Assembly: GCA_030390025.1 (NCBI GenBank)
Contig: CM059438.1
Span: 54,996,001-55,060,000, forward strand
Direction of reading: 5' to 3'
DNA: 64,000 bases
From: Squalus acanthias
Lineage: Eukaryota
The position numbers were made by a program, and so were the translations under genes. The notes beneath the pieces were generated by a model. That model had not been told where the DNA came from, searched no databases, and saw only the letters and a list, made by a program, of their open reading frames with translations. Shown here piece after piece: positions 23,229-36,132 of the stretch; within the stretch, counting starts at the first letter, position 1, and the number at the start of each line of letters is the position of its first letter.

Positions 23229-24626
23229 ACATAGAAGATAGGAGCAGGAGTAGGCCATTCGGCCCCTCGAGCCTGCTGATCATGGCTGATCATCCAAACT
23301 CAGTACCCTGTACCTGCCTTCTCCCCATAGTCCAAAGATGTGCGGGTTAGGTTGATTTGGCTATGATAAATTGACCCTTAGTGTTAGGGGGGATTAAATA
23401 GGTGGGGTTACGGGGATAGGGTGGGATATGTGTCGGTGCAGGCTCGATGGGCCGAAATGGCCTCTATCTGCACTGTGGGGATTCTGTGATATCCCTTGAT
23501 ACCTTTAGCTTTAAGAAATATATCTAACTCATTCTTGAATATATTTAATGACTTGGCCTCAACTACCTTCTGTGGTAGAGAATTCCACAGGTTCACCACT
23601 CTCTGGGTGAAGAAATTCTTCCTCATTTCTGTCCTAAATGGCTTACCCGTTATCCTTAGATTATGACCCCTGGTTCTGGACTCTCCGACCATCGGGAACA
23701 TTCTTCCTGCATCTAGTTTGTCCAGACCTGTCAGAATTTTATATGTTTCGATGAGATCCCCTCTCATTCTTCTATACTCCAGCGAGTATAAGCCCAATCG
23801 ACCCAATCTCTCCTCATATGTCATTCCTGCCATCCCAGGTATCAGCCTTGTGAATCTTCGCTGAACTCCTTCCATGGCAAGAACATCCTTCCTCAGATAA
23901 GGCGACCAAAACTGCACACAGTACTCAAGGTGTGGTCTCACCAAGGCCCTGTAAAACTGCAGCAGGACATCCCTGTTCCTATACTCGAACCCTTTCGCTA
24001 TGAAGGCCAACATACCATTTGCCGCCTTCACCGCCTGCTGCACCTGCATGCTTACTTTTAGTGACTGGTGCACAAGGACACCCAGGTCTCGTTGCACTTC
24101 CCCTTCTCCCAATCTATTGCCATTCAGATAATAGTCTGCCTTTCTGTTTTTGACACCAAAGTGGATAACCTCACATTTATCCACGTTATATTGCATCTGC
24201 CACGCTTCTGCCCACTCACCCAACCTGTCCAAATCATCCTGGAGTTTCTCGGTATCCTCCTCGCAGCACACACTCCCACCCAGATTTGTGTCATCTGCAA
24301 ACTTGGAGATATTACATTTAGTTCCCTTATCTAGATCATTAATGTATATTGTGAATAGCTGGGGTCCAAGGACTGATCCCTGCGGTACCCCACTAGTCAC
24401 TGCTTGCCACTCGGAAAAAGACCCATTAATTCCTACTCTCTGCTTTCTGTCAGCCAACCAGTTCTCTATCCAAGTCAATACTTTGCCCCAATCCCATGTG
24501 CCTTAACTTTACACGCTAATCTCTTATGCGGGACCTTATCGAAAGCCTTTTGAAAGTCCAAATACACCACATCTACTGGTTCTCCCTTATCTATTTTCCC
24601 AGTTACATCCTCAAAAAATTCCAGTA
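23229..24626 (-). mobile_element. CR1 LINE, 5'-truncated, within MITE
   Basis: 356-aa ORF 23408-24478 encodes the RT C-terminal half. Confidence 0.95.
23329..23490 (+). mobile_element. HE1-like (V-SINE) 3' fragment inserted in the CR1 3' end
   Basis: agtccaaagatgtgcgggttaggttgat...taaattgaccctta V-domain-like sequence with a CR1-like tail ggctcgatgggccgaaatggcctc...attctgtgat. The CR1 reads ctccccat|atcccttg across the insertion. Confidence 0.75.
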
Positions 24627-24916
24627 GCAGAACTCTCCACCCGCAGAGGCCCTTCTCCAGGGCAGGTGTCTGATCTGTCAAGTTCTTGACAGATCGGAAA
24701 TGCTGGTTTTCAGCGCATGCGCTTCGCATGTCTGAAACCGGCATTTCCGATGTCCCTACGGGTGTGTACACAGCTCGTACACACCCATAGGCATCGGAAA
24801 ATATGGGTCATTATTTCTGCGCTGGTGTATATTTCTATTTCCCACACCAACTCTCTGAATGAGACTACCAATTTGTGGTTACTTTGTGCTGTGAATCCAC
24901 TAGCATTACTAATGTA

Positions 24917-25388
24917 TCAGCTGTAACTCAGTGGGTAGCACCCTTGCTTCTGAGTCAGAAGGTTGTGCATTCAAGTCCCACTCCAGAGACTTGAGTACAA
25001 AAATCTAGGCTGACACTCCAGTGCAGTACTGAGGGAGTGCCGCACTATTGGAGGTGCCGTCTTTCGGATGAGACGCTAAACTGAGGCCCTGTCTACGCTC
25101 TCGGGTGGACATAAAAGATCCCATGTCACTATTTCGAAGAAGAGCATGGGAGTTATCCCCAGTGTCCTAGCCAATATTTATCCCTCAATCAACACCTCAA
25201 TCAACATAACAAAAACAGATTATCTGGTCATTATCACATTGCTGTTTGTGGGAGCTTGCTAAGCGCAAATTGGCTGCCGCATTTCCTACATGTCAATGGT
25301 GACTACACTCCAAAAGTACTTCATTGGCTGTAAAGCGCTTTGAGACGTCCGGTGGTCGTGAAAGGCGCTATATAAATGCAACTCTTTA
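24917..25388 (+). mobile_element. SacSINE1-like Deu-domain SINE, full length
   Basis: A box and B box-like head (ctcagtgggtagc...ttcaagtccc), Deu-like core, tail aaaggcgctatataaatgcaa. Confidence 0.85.
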
Positions 25389-25429
25389 ATGACCAAGACT
25401 GGCCAAACCAGTTTCACATAGGACACGGA

Positions 25430-25945
25430 TAGCCAATAATGAAAGGAGATTTTCATCAAAAGTACATGGGAGGAGGAGCAGGAACCTGTCGGTCAGATGC
25501 CTTACGGGTCCCTTCTACAATATCTGGACTCGGAAAGCGATGAATGTGTTGCTCACAGGGAAAGTGACTGTCATTGCTTGCTATATCTGTGGATAGCTGA
25601 TTAATTTGGCATATGTTGTCTGGAAGCTGGCTTGGAAGGATCCACTGATGTAGAAGTTTAATACAATCGTGACCTTCACACCCACAGCAAGAGCCACCCT
25701 TGTGGTGGAAGCCATCTGTAGGTGGGCCTCCGGGAGATGTGATAGCCTCCATTGTGAAGTGGAGGTGCAGAAGACATTTTTCCTCTAACAGTCCCAGGTC
25801 AGTAATTGGGGGCCCTGGGGTAAGGGGGTGTACATACGGCCGAGGCGTGATTGTACCCGCCTTCTTGCCATGAAGTGACCTTCATCCTACAAATCACGGA
25901 ATGCCAGTTGAACCCGAAAGGAATTCCTAGCAGCAAGAGGCAAAA
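25430..25945 (-). pseudogene. Harbinger transposase N-terminal relic
   Basis: Manual minus translation near 25640-25700 gives ALAVGVKVTIVLNFYISGSFQAS; LLGIPFGFNW lies near 25900-25940. Confidence 0.7.
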
Positions 25946-26507
25946 CTGTTCTATAAAAAGGAGTGGTAAATAAAATCCTGCACTGCAAAAAATAGATGTG
26001 TGCAGCAACAGGACATAATACAGCAATAAAAATATAGATGCAATTATATAATGAGCCAAATGTAATCAAACATTCTGAGAAACTGAAACTCCAACACAGT
26101 TCAATAGGTCAGGTCAGCCAGTTGCACGTCCATATTATATGGGCAAAATGCAATATCGGGGAGGGGAGGGATGTGCCAAAACACATGAAATCTGGCATGG
26201 GACTAACGCATGGGAATGAGATGTGAATTGAGGCTCATGCTGGTCAACAGCACGACTGCCAAAAAGGTCCCAAAAATGTCACAGCTAAATGTTGGACCAA
26301 GGAAAACTAGGAGAAGCAGATTCCAGTACAAGCAATTTCATAGAGATGATCAGTGACTGCTGCTTAATACAGCATGCAAAATAGAACCACAGCAGCTGCT
26401 ACAGTAAGTTTTACATTCACCAGACTGTCCGACCTGGACCTGGCAGATTGTGTGTCCAACTTTCAGATATGCCCCTCGGGCGAGGTCTTTTGACAGTGTA
26501 AAGTCAG

Positions 26508-26685
26508 AACAGAACATAGAACAGTACAGCACAGTACAGGCCCTTCGGCCCTCGATGCTGTGCCGAGCATTGTCCGAGACCAAGATCAAGCTATCACACT
26601 CCCTATCACTCTGGTGTGCTCCATGTGCTTATCCAATAACCGCTTGAAAGTTCCTAAAGTGTCCGACTCCACTATCACAGCAGGA
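26508..26685 (-). mobile_element. CR1 3' end fragment (different subfamily)
   Basis: agaacatagaacagtacagcacagtacaggcccttcggccc tail. Confidence 0.7.
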
Positions 26686-28518
26686 ATGATACCCCATAGG
26701 AATGAGCAGAGCTGTCAAAAACAAATGGAACGGTAAAAAATTCTTATAACAGCAAGAGGGTTACCAAAAAACAAATTGAGATTTTATATTAGCGTTCCCA
26801 CGATCCTCTTGCCGAGTCCTCACTGACACCATTAACATATATCCAGGGCCAGTGGAAGCTGCCGCTCCCAGTTTCCTGATTCTACACTTCCAATTCACTC
26901 TGGTAACTTAGACTGTGATTTAATGAGGCGCAGCAGCTGCCAAGATCAACTGATACCGGCAACATGGAGGGATATCTGAGCCTGGAGAGTTTGATCAGCG
27001 ATTTCGGCAATTGGCAAAGTCATTTTTTATCATTCTGCTTACAGATCCTCGGACTTGCTTATGACAGCTTCTCACAGGGTCAAACCACCAGCAGATTTTC
27101 ACCCACCGCCCACGGCAGTGAGAGATTTGCAGGAGCAGGTATGGCATTCCCTATGACCATATCCTTATATGCCATGGAGAAGGAGGAGAGGACGGAGCAA
27201 TGGAGGGTCAGACAGCACATCTCATCACTTAAGTCTTATCTTCCATACAACACAGTCTACCTTTGACACCACAGCTATACCCCACCTTTTCTCCCATTTT
27301 CAAATAATGGGACATGCCCTGAGTGCTCTGCCCTTTGGCAGCTTCAGTGGCACAGTTCCACAGCGGGCACATCCTGGCAGTTATGTCAGGTTGTGCTTCC
27401 CGTGGATTTTCAAAGCCACAATCTTTGAGAACTTGGATATAATTACTTGGAACGAAAGAACAGAGCCCAAAGAGTTCTTAGGAATGGCGTAGGAAATTTA
27501 GATGCAGTTTTTTCACTGCTGAAGAGTAGCAAAAAAAGGTTCTGGTTTAAATAAGAACTATGTGGAAACAGCAAAGGCAGTGAGAAGAAAGGAATGAATG
27601 CGTAGGAATCACTATAGATACTGATCTTCCACAATACGAGAGTCCCAATCGATAAAGGAGAGCAAGAAAGAGTGGAAAATAATGCTTTGTTTTGCGCAAC
27701 AAGCTCTCTTGCATATGCTGAATAGGACCACGTACAATCGCACAAAGCAAAGAACAATGACCTAGAAATTGGATAAGGCCCCAAAACAGGCAGGGGCACA
27801 GCCTAGCACTATTTGCCTGCACCCGTTCTAAGTGGTGCGGGCAGCACGCAAAATTCATGCTGCCTGCTTACATAATTGCAGCGCTGAGCTCCGCGCTAAA
27901 CGCATTGCTGATTGGCTTAGCACTCACCGGGAGGGGGGGTGGGGGCAATACTGGATGCAGTCTACTGGCCAATAAAGTTTGGCCTAGGCTCTCTCCACTA
28001 CTTAAACGAGAGGTGCTTTGTTGCAGAAGCACCTCATTGTCAGGTGAAAGCAAGGCATGGCCCAACAGCCGACAGAAAGGGCAAAACGTTTTTCAGATGC
28101 GGCACTGAAGGCCTTGGTCCTGGGGGTCCAACGATGACAGGACGTCCTATAGCCGCATGGGGGCAAGAGGCCTTTAAGGTTGAATAGCAGAAGGATCTGG
28201 GAGGAGATTGCTCAATCCGTCACTGCAAAGAGTGTTGTCCCCAGGACCTGGATCCAGTGCCGCAAAAAGTTTAATGACCTCACATGGGTGGCCAAGGTGA
28301 CTGAAGGCTTCAGTAAATGCCTTATCCCATCACCTGCACCACAAGCCTCATACACTGCTCAATGCATCACACCCCCAACACTCACCTACCAACAATCTCC
28401 AGCTATCATCACTCATACCTCACAATCATAGCTTCACCTCACCCTCACACACCACTGCTGCAACACTCACCCACATCTCACACCTTGCACACACTGCCAG
28501 CTATTCAACCACGACAGG

Positions 28519-29524
28519 CACATCACCCAAACACATTGCACCACACTCACACACATCACCCTAACACATTGCACCACACTCACTGACACACTTCACACAA
28601 ACACATTGCACCACACTCACTGACACACTTCACACAAACACATTGCACCGCACTCACTGACACACATCACCCTAACACATTGCACCACACTCACTGACAC
28701 ACTTCACACAAACACATTGCACCACACTCACTGACACACTTCACACAAACACATTGCACCACACTCACTGACACACACATCACCCAAACACATTGCACCA
28801 CACTCACTCACACACACATCACCCAAACACATTGCACCACACTCACTGACACACAAATTACCCAAACACATTGCACCACACTCACTGACACACACTTCAC
28901 CCTAACACATTGCACCACACTCACTGACACACTTCACCCAAACACATTGCACCACACTCACTGACACACACTTCACCCAAACACATTGCACCACACTCAC
29001 TGACACACACATCACCCAAACACATTGCACCACACTCACTCACACACACATCACCCAAACACATTGCACCACACTCACTCACACACACATCACCCAAACA
29101 CATTGCACCACACTCACTGACACACATCACCCAAACACATTGCACCACACTCACACACACACATCACCCAAACACATTGCACCACACTCACACACACATC
29201 ACCCAAACACATTGCACCACACTCACACACACATCACCCAAACACATTGCACCACACTCACTCACACACATCACCCAAACACATTGCACCACACTCACTG
29301 ACACACAGCACCCAAACACATTGCACCACACTCACACACACATCACCCTAACACATTGCACCACACTCACTGACACACAGCACCCAAACACATTGCACCG
29401 CACTCACTGACACACACATCACCCTAACACATTGTACCACACTCACTGACACACACATCACCCAAATACATTGCACCACACTCACTCACACACATCACCC
29501 AAACACATTGCACCACACTCACTC
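28519..29524. repeat. About 35-41-bp CA-rich minisatellite (about 26 units) in intron 1 of the Myb/SANT gene
   Basis: Unit cacatcacccaaacacattgcaccacactcactgaca(ca). Confidence 0.95.
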
Positions 29525-30253
29525 CCCTTTCTCTTGCAGGCAAAGGTGGTTCATAACCGCAGAGAGCAACAGCAGACGGGAGGCGGCCAAGTGAGGGATG
29601 ACAACTTAACTGACCTAGAGGAAGCAGTTTTCCACATAATTGGAGGGGCTGTGACAGAATCCGTGGCGAGCGGAGAAGTGAAAAGCATCGCTGATAATGA
29701 TGGTATGCTCATACCCAATCCTTCTTCTCACATCCCACTTCCCCCTCATCCCACACTCTCTTCTCACTTACAAGCTGCTGATGGTGTATGCATGGATATC
29801 TTGCTTTTCCCCCCTCCCTTCACCACAACCCGACCCTTGTGCCTTTCTGCTTTCAGATACGCAATAATTGCAACCTGGCCAGCCTTTCCCTGAACTTGAG
29901 GAAGAGACTGATGGAGGAGAAGAAGACGACGACACATCAGTACTGCATCTGATACTCGCAGACATCAGCTCAGAAAATGGCACTGCGCGTACTTTAGAGG
30001 GTAGTATAGAGGCGGGATCTGCACGTGGTGAATCACTCGGCATGAGTGGGCAGCAGCCAGGCCATGGGTAAAGGGTAGCTTAGGTGCCAGTTCCCAGAGG
30101 GCAAGTTCGCACACGTGTTCTGCTCCACAGGACTCCAATGATGACTTTGATGGGGCTGCCTTCAGAAGGAGGGTGATGGGCATGCACACAGAAATGTCAG
30201 GTGCAATGGCAAGCCTACCAGAGAGCCTCTTGTCAGTGTCAAGGAGCATGGAG

Positions 30254-31386
30254 TGTGAAGGAATAAGCCATATAACCTATTCAGAAAAATACACTGTCTC
30301 ATGAAAGAATTCTGGCCTTATTAAAACATGACAAACAGGGTTTGGAAATTTAGAAACCTAACTATGAAATAGCTATGAAAGCATTCTGGCTATTGAGATA
30401 AGATAGTTGTTGACACTGAATCAATAACCTTATTGAAACAGAAGGTTAAAGGCTCCTGACAGGCTGACCTTTGGGAACGAAACAATGGTTCACCCTGGAT
30501 AAGGTGTTCTAATTTACACTTCGTAAAGAAGCACAAACATCTGCCTTCGTAAAAATGACATCAAGTAAAAAACACACCTGCCGTCACACCGTTTTTTTAT
30601 GGTAAACTTAGAACACCTAGAGAGGAGACATAATTCTGTAATGCTACCAGCTGAGGTGACTAAGAATTGTAGGGGTCGGCAGAAAAATGACTAGATATAA
30701 TTAGCTTACATCAGCAGAAAACCTTAAAGGAAATACCACTGGAAAAGGGTATAAATATTGAACTATCACATGGGATAACAGACTCGCTTTAATCGGGCAA
30801 AGCGATTCTTGGCTTCAGAGGCGGCTCTGTAAGTCTCCAACTCTTTGTACTTCGGGGATCAAAGGTATTTGATTTTGGTGGATATCCTGAATAGAACTTT
30901 AAGAACTGTAAAACTGTAGCGAAGTTAAGATTTGAAAGTAAGGTTCTCGGATAATAGGATTGTAAGTTTTCTCTTTTTGGAACTGTTAATGTTGCGATTG
31001 ACTCACCAACTGTAAACTGCATGTCGGTTCTTTAATAAATCTATATATTTTTAGAATTGTCTCACATAAGACTTCTGTATCAAACTCGTGAACTCAATCT
31101 CTGTACACTCTTTGGTGAGGAGTTGCAGAATTCTGGGGGAGTTTTCCGGACCCTCATAATATCCGGAATGTTACAGTCTAGCTAAACTTATTAAAACTGC
31201 TATCTGGAGGACGGTAACATTTTCAGGTTGTTCCTTTCCTTTAGGGAGAGATAGTCCGGACCTTTAGACCCAATTAAGCGTCTTTAGGATTCGGCTACCA
31301 CAAACTCTAGTTGAAAGTGAACGTCTGAGAAATACGCCTGATCCGGGGTAGCCCTAAAGGGGCTAGGACTAGTAATTATCCCTTCA
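30254..31386 (+). mobile_element. Solo LTR (ERV- or Gypsy-type), 1133 bp
   Basis: TG...CA termini with inverted ends tgtgaaggaataa / ttatcccttca; 4-bp TSD ggag (30250-30253, 31387-31390); TATAAATA 30750-30757; AATAAA 31034-31039. The host Myb exon is collinear across it. Confidence 0.8.
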
Positions 31387-31834
31387 GGAGGAGTCCGGCT
31401 CCAACATTGCACAGGGTGTTGCGCAGAGCTTGGAGTCCATGATTTCCAGGATGGAAATGATGGGCAACTCTGAGAGACCTTGTGGACACAACTATGATGC
31501 TGGGTGTGATATGTGATCTTGCAGCTTCCATTGCAGCACAGGCGGAAGCAACCCAACATCTCAGCGCTGCAGTGGAAATGCTCCTATGAAGCGTCTTGGG
31601 AACTTTCACTACATTAAAGGCGTTGTTACTGTTTCCAGCCCTGGTTCGTGCTGTTTACACTGTTATATTACATAGATTTACATAGAATATACAGCACAGA
31701 AACAGGCCATTCGGTCCAACTAGTCTGTGCTGTTGTTTATACTCCAGACGAGTCTCCTCCCATTCCACCTCAGCACAGCCTTTTAGTATATCTTTCCATT
31801 CCCTTTTCCATCATATACTCGTCTAGAACATAAG

Positions 31835-32587
31835 GGGCTGTATATTCCGATCCCTACGGGTGTGTACGCGCTGTCTACACACCCGTAGGGACATCAGAAA
31901 TGCCGGTTTCAGGCATGCCAACCGCATGCACTGAAAACCAGCATTTCTGATTTGTCAAGAATGCTCTTGACAGATTGGACGTCTGCCCTAGAGAAGGGCC
32001 TCTGCGGGCAGAGAGTTCTGCTTTCTGGAGACCCTCCGCCCACAGAAAACCCTTAGAAATCATACGCCTGGTAAAAGTGGGCGTAAGGCCTGCTTTTACC
32101 AGCATAACAGTTGAAAAAAAGTAAAAAAAAAAAAAATCACTAATTTATCATTTAAAAATACTTTAAAAAAAGGTAAGTTTATTTTTAGCCCCGTAAAAAA
32201 CTAATTATTTTTTTCAAAAAATTTAATTTTTGTTTTAAATATTTAATTTATCGTAATTTCAACTCATTTTAAAAAAGTGATTTAAAAAAATGTATTTAAT
32301 GTTTTACAGTGTTTTTGGGCTGATCTCCATTCATATATTTGACAGGTCTATCTGTCAAGTGTATGAAGGGAGATTCCCTTCTGCTATTGGCTCCCCATGG
32401 CCCACGTGATCCCAGGGACGCTTGCGAACCGCATGCGCCTGAGATGCGTGGGCCCTGCGCATTTCGAGTTGGAGAGGCCCAGGAGCGGAAGTGTCCGGAC
32501 CTCGGGAGCCCTCAGGTAAGTCCATAGATTTTTTTCCAGATCGGAGGCCTCCGCACGCAGGAAGCCTTCGATCGGAAAATACGGCCC
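31835..32587. mobile_element. Harbinger-type MITE family A, uninterrupted copy
   Basis: TIRs gggctgtatattccgatc / gatcggaaaatacggccc, AT-rich core; inserted in a CR1 tail. Confidence 0.85.
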
Positions 32588-32590
32588 ATT

Positions 32591-33145
32591 AAATAGGAGC
32601 AGGAGTAGGCCATATGGCCCTTCGAGCCTGCTCCACCATTCAATAAGATCATGTCTGATCTTCTACCTCAACTCCACTTTCCTGCCCTATCCCTATATCA
32701 CTTGATTGCCTTAGTATCCAAGAAACTATCAACCTCTGTCTTGAATATACTCAACGACTGAGCCTCCACAGCCCTCTGGGGTAGAGAATTCCAAAGATTC
32801 ACAACCCTTTGAGTGAAGAAATTTCTCCTCAACTCAGTCCTAAATGGCCGACCCCTAGTTCTAGACTCCCTAGCCAGGGGAAACATCCTCCCAGCATCTA
32901 CCTTGTCAACCCCCTTAAGAATTTTACATGTTTCAATGAGATAACCTCTCATTCTTCTAAACTCTAGGGAAGATAGGCCTAGTCTACTCAATTTCTCCTC
33001 ATAGGACAATCCCTTGATCCCAGGAATCAGTCTAGTGAACCTTTGTTGCACTCCCTCTAAGGCAAGTATATCTTCCCTTAGGTAAGGAGACCAAAACTGT
33101 ACACAGTACTGGTCTCACCAAGGCCCCACATAATTGCAGTAGGAA
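32591..33145 (-). mobile_element. CR1 3' fragment
   Basis: ORF 32698-33051 encodes the RT C-terminus. Confidence 0.9.
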
Positions 33146-33362
33146 CATAGAAACAGGAGTTGGCCATTGAACCCCTCGGGCCTGTTCCGCCATTCAATGA
33201 GATCATGGCTAATCTGCGACCTAACTCTATATACCTGCCTTTGGCCCATATCCCTTAATACCTTTGGTTAACAAAAAGCTATCAATCTCCAATTTAAAAT
33301 TAACAATTATCTAGCATCAATTGCCGTTTGCGGAAGAGAGTTCCAAACTTCTACCACTCTTT

Positions 33363-36132
33363 GGGCTTGATTTTAATGGAGGAGGTAGGATGGCGTTGGG
33401 TTGCTTGGTGGGGTGGGTTCCTGTCCCGCTGCCGGTTTAATCTGCTCCAGCTTTGCGATTTTAATTCAATTGGCCTATTAAGCCCTGGGGGGTGCGCTGG
33501 CTGCTGCAATGAGTGGGAGCGGGTCTGTTGCTCTCCACTAATGAGGTCATTGCTGTAGTGGTTCTTAAGGGGCCCAGCTAGCCCCATCCTCTCATTTCTC
33601 ATTTTGGCTGCAGTTTGGATGGTCCCTGGCTGCAATGAGTGCTGGCAAATCAAAGGCTGCTCCCAGATTCGATGAGGACTCCCTCCAAGCTCTTGTGGAG
33701 GGAGTAAGAGGGCGCAGGGACATCCTGTTCCCTCGGGATGGCCGGAGGAAGCCTCCTCAGCAAACGAAGACAGCCTGGCTGCACATTGCTGAGGAGGTCA
33801 GCGCAAGGTCTGTCTGTTCACGCACCTGGCTCCAGTGCCGGAAACAATTTAATGATCTTTTGATGATCGCAGAAGTGAGTTTCACATCACACTTACCTTC
33901 ACTCTGCTTCCCTCCTCTTCTCATCACCAGCACTCTGCTTTGTAAGCCTGCTCCTTCCCAACTTACCCTTACTTCCCTTGCACCCTTACCTATCCATCTC
34001 TCTGAACTGAATCACTTCACCATCCTACTATGCAGCCCTCACACTCGCTCTCACTGTTATGCAATCAAAACTAACAATGCACAGGGAGGCTTCTTCCTCT
34101 TGCTACCTCACTCCACCTTGGTCTCCCTCTAAACTTCTATCTTCTGGATTCTTCGCACTCACTCCATCACTCTCGCTGAAACTCCATTTGTGTCCCTCCT
34201 TGCAGGAAAAGATAGCCCACAATAAGAGGGAGAGATCCAAGACAGGAGGCGGCCCTCCATCCCTCACTACACTTACTGAGGAGTCTGCTCATGAAATCGT
34301 GGGAGGTGGTGAGGACCTGGAAGTGGAGGGCGGAGAGATGGGCGTAGTTGAGGAACCTGGTGACAGAATGCATTTTCAATCCCTCCCATTAAGATTTCAT
34401 GATTGACTGCAATGGCATATGATCTTCATAGAGATTAACTTCTGAGCATCTGCACAATAGGAAGTGTCTGCTACCTAAAAATCAGATGTCTAACTCATGC
34501 CTTTACTCTCCCACAGGACCATCGAGAGCCCCCCTCTCCACTGTCCAGGAGGAAGAGCCAGACGACTCCTCAGAGGAACCTGCAGCCTCTGAGGGAGCAG
34601 CGTCACCAGGACTCAGCGCACCCAGCACCAGCGCAGATACGCACACCTCGATGGGTCCTTCGCATCTTAGAGTAGTGTTGTCACCTGGTGTATCACAGCT
34701 CACAAGTGAGCATCAGGAGATGGTGGAGACAGCGACAGTAGTGGAGAGTCCTCGTCGGAGGTCACAGGACACTCCTAACTCTGCTCAGCTGCATGTAGAC
34801 ACTGTGCCTCTGGGGCCATCCAGAAAGAGAGCAGTGCTGGAACTCCAGGAGTCTCTGACAGGGTTTGCATCCAGGGTAACTGCGAGTGTGGAGAGAATGG
34901 AGGAGTCCATCTCTAACATGAGCTCTGCCTTTGTGGAGGCAATGGTGCACGAACTTGGAGAGGGTGGCCACCTCCTTGGAGGACATAAGTCGCCAGACAC
35001 AACAGAGCATGGTGACTCTTCTAAATAGATGGTCTGCTATGGAGGATAGAGGGGCATCTATTGAGAGACACCAGAGGTACATGGACGTCCCCGTTATGAG
35101 GACTGTCAGTACTGAGACGGGTCCTCCTGGCCCCACTGATGTGCAGCAAGGTGCTCTCCAGCCACTTGCTAGCAGTGAAGTGCGGGTGATCCATGAGAGG
35201 GATGTTGGTGGCAGACAACAAGGAAGTGTGGGCTCCTCTCCAAGTGCTCACACGACCATGCCACTGCGGAGCCCTCGGTCAGAGCCCCAGGTTCCTCACT
35301 CAACTGAGATGGCCGTCTCAGTCCCTGCACAGCCGCAGGAAGAGCAGACTGCAGAGGAGCCCTCGCAGGCTCCCAAACTCAGAGGACGCCCACCAAAGGC
35401 GTCTAAGCAGACGCAGCATCAAATTGAGCAAGGTGCCTCTACATCTGCTGAAGCCACAGGGGAACCACCACGTAGAAGCACACGTAAGAGGAAGTTGAAA
35501 CACAAATACTCACAAGGGTAGTCACTTGGTTGTTTCGTTATGTTGTTATCTTTACAATGTCATCCTTTTGTGATGTTATTAAACTAAAGTGATGACAAAG
35601 AGTTGAAGTTCTGGCCTATGTGTTGTGGGAAGTGGAGGTTGTTTGTGCTCCGACAAAGTGGCCAGAGGGTATTCCAAGGAAGTCACACTGCAGATGGTTT
35701 CCAGCTAGAACACTCACAAGATTAGTAGAGCTGAAAAAGGCTTGGGCAAACCTTACACCACTAAGTTGTGGCATCTGAAACGCAAAGATGTTGCAGGATC
35801 ACTGAAGCTGCTCGAGTAGCTGACAACAGTTCAAGCTCTTGCTGATCCCGGCTCAATTCAGCTGGCATGTTTTTCTGAAGGCGGGCAGCATGTTGAAAAA
35901 CCACCAAAATCGGAACAGGCAGTGAAAATAGGATTATCCAAGCAGTTAACAAGCTGCTAACTGCCTCAACTGCCTGTCCCGCCGTTTGCTGTTGGGTCAA
36001 TTTGGGAGCGGGTGACCCGACACTTGCGAAAATCGCGTGGAGGCGGGTTCGCATCCCACCGGCAGTTTTTCCGATTTGTCGCGCCCGACCCGCCTCCAAA
36101 CCCGCCCGCTCAGCTGAATTAAAATCGAGCCC
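33363..36132 (+). mobile_element. Complete non-autonomous Harbinger element carrying only the Myb/SANT gene
   Basis: TIRs gggcttgattttaa (33363-33376) and ttaaaatcgagccc (36119-36132) match at 13/14; 3-bp TSD ttt. No DDE motifs were seen inside. Confidence 0.85.
33635..35521 (+). CDS. Myb/SANT-like DNA-binding protein (Harbinger ORF), 3 exons: 33635-33874, 34206-34359, 34517-35521; one frameshift near 34950
   Basis: APRFDEDSLQALV...AWLHIAEEV...TWLQCRKQFNDL. GT/AG sites have compatible phases (0, then 1). The C-terminus contains RGRP and RRSTRKRKLK; ATTAAA at about 35578. Confidence 0.75.

Larger units (their letters stand above)
22666..24809. mobile_element. Harbinger-type MITE (family A, about 750 bp) split by a CR1
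   Basis: TIRs ggcccgtaatttccgat / atcggaaaatatgggtc; 3-bp TSD att at 22663-22665 and 24810-24812; homologous to 31835-32587 in the opposite orientation. Confidence 0.85.
28057..31585 (+). pseudogene. Harbinger Myb/SANT (MSANTD-like) gene, 3 exons, disabled; element left end at about 27759
   Basis: MAQQPTERAKRFSDAALKALV...(stops)...WEEIA...TWIQCRKKFNDL; exon 2 from 29540 reads AKVVHNRREQQQTGGG. Exon 3 is split by the solo LTR. Paralogous to 44080-45995. Confidence 0.85.

Noticed and set aside
24917..24990. tRNA gene
   Set aside because: It is the tRNA-derived head of a SINE and has no complete cloverleaf.
26964..27266. 100-aa ORF as a host gene
   Set aside because: No recognisable domain; it may be decayed Harbinger-related sequence.
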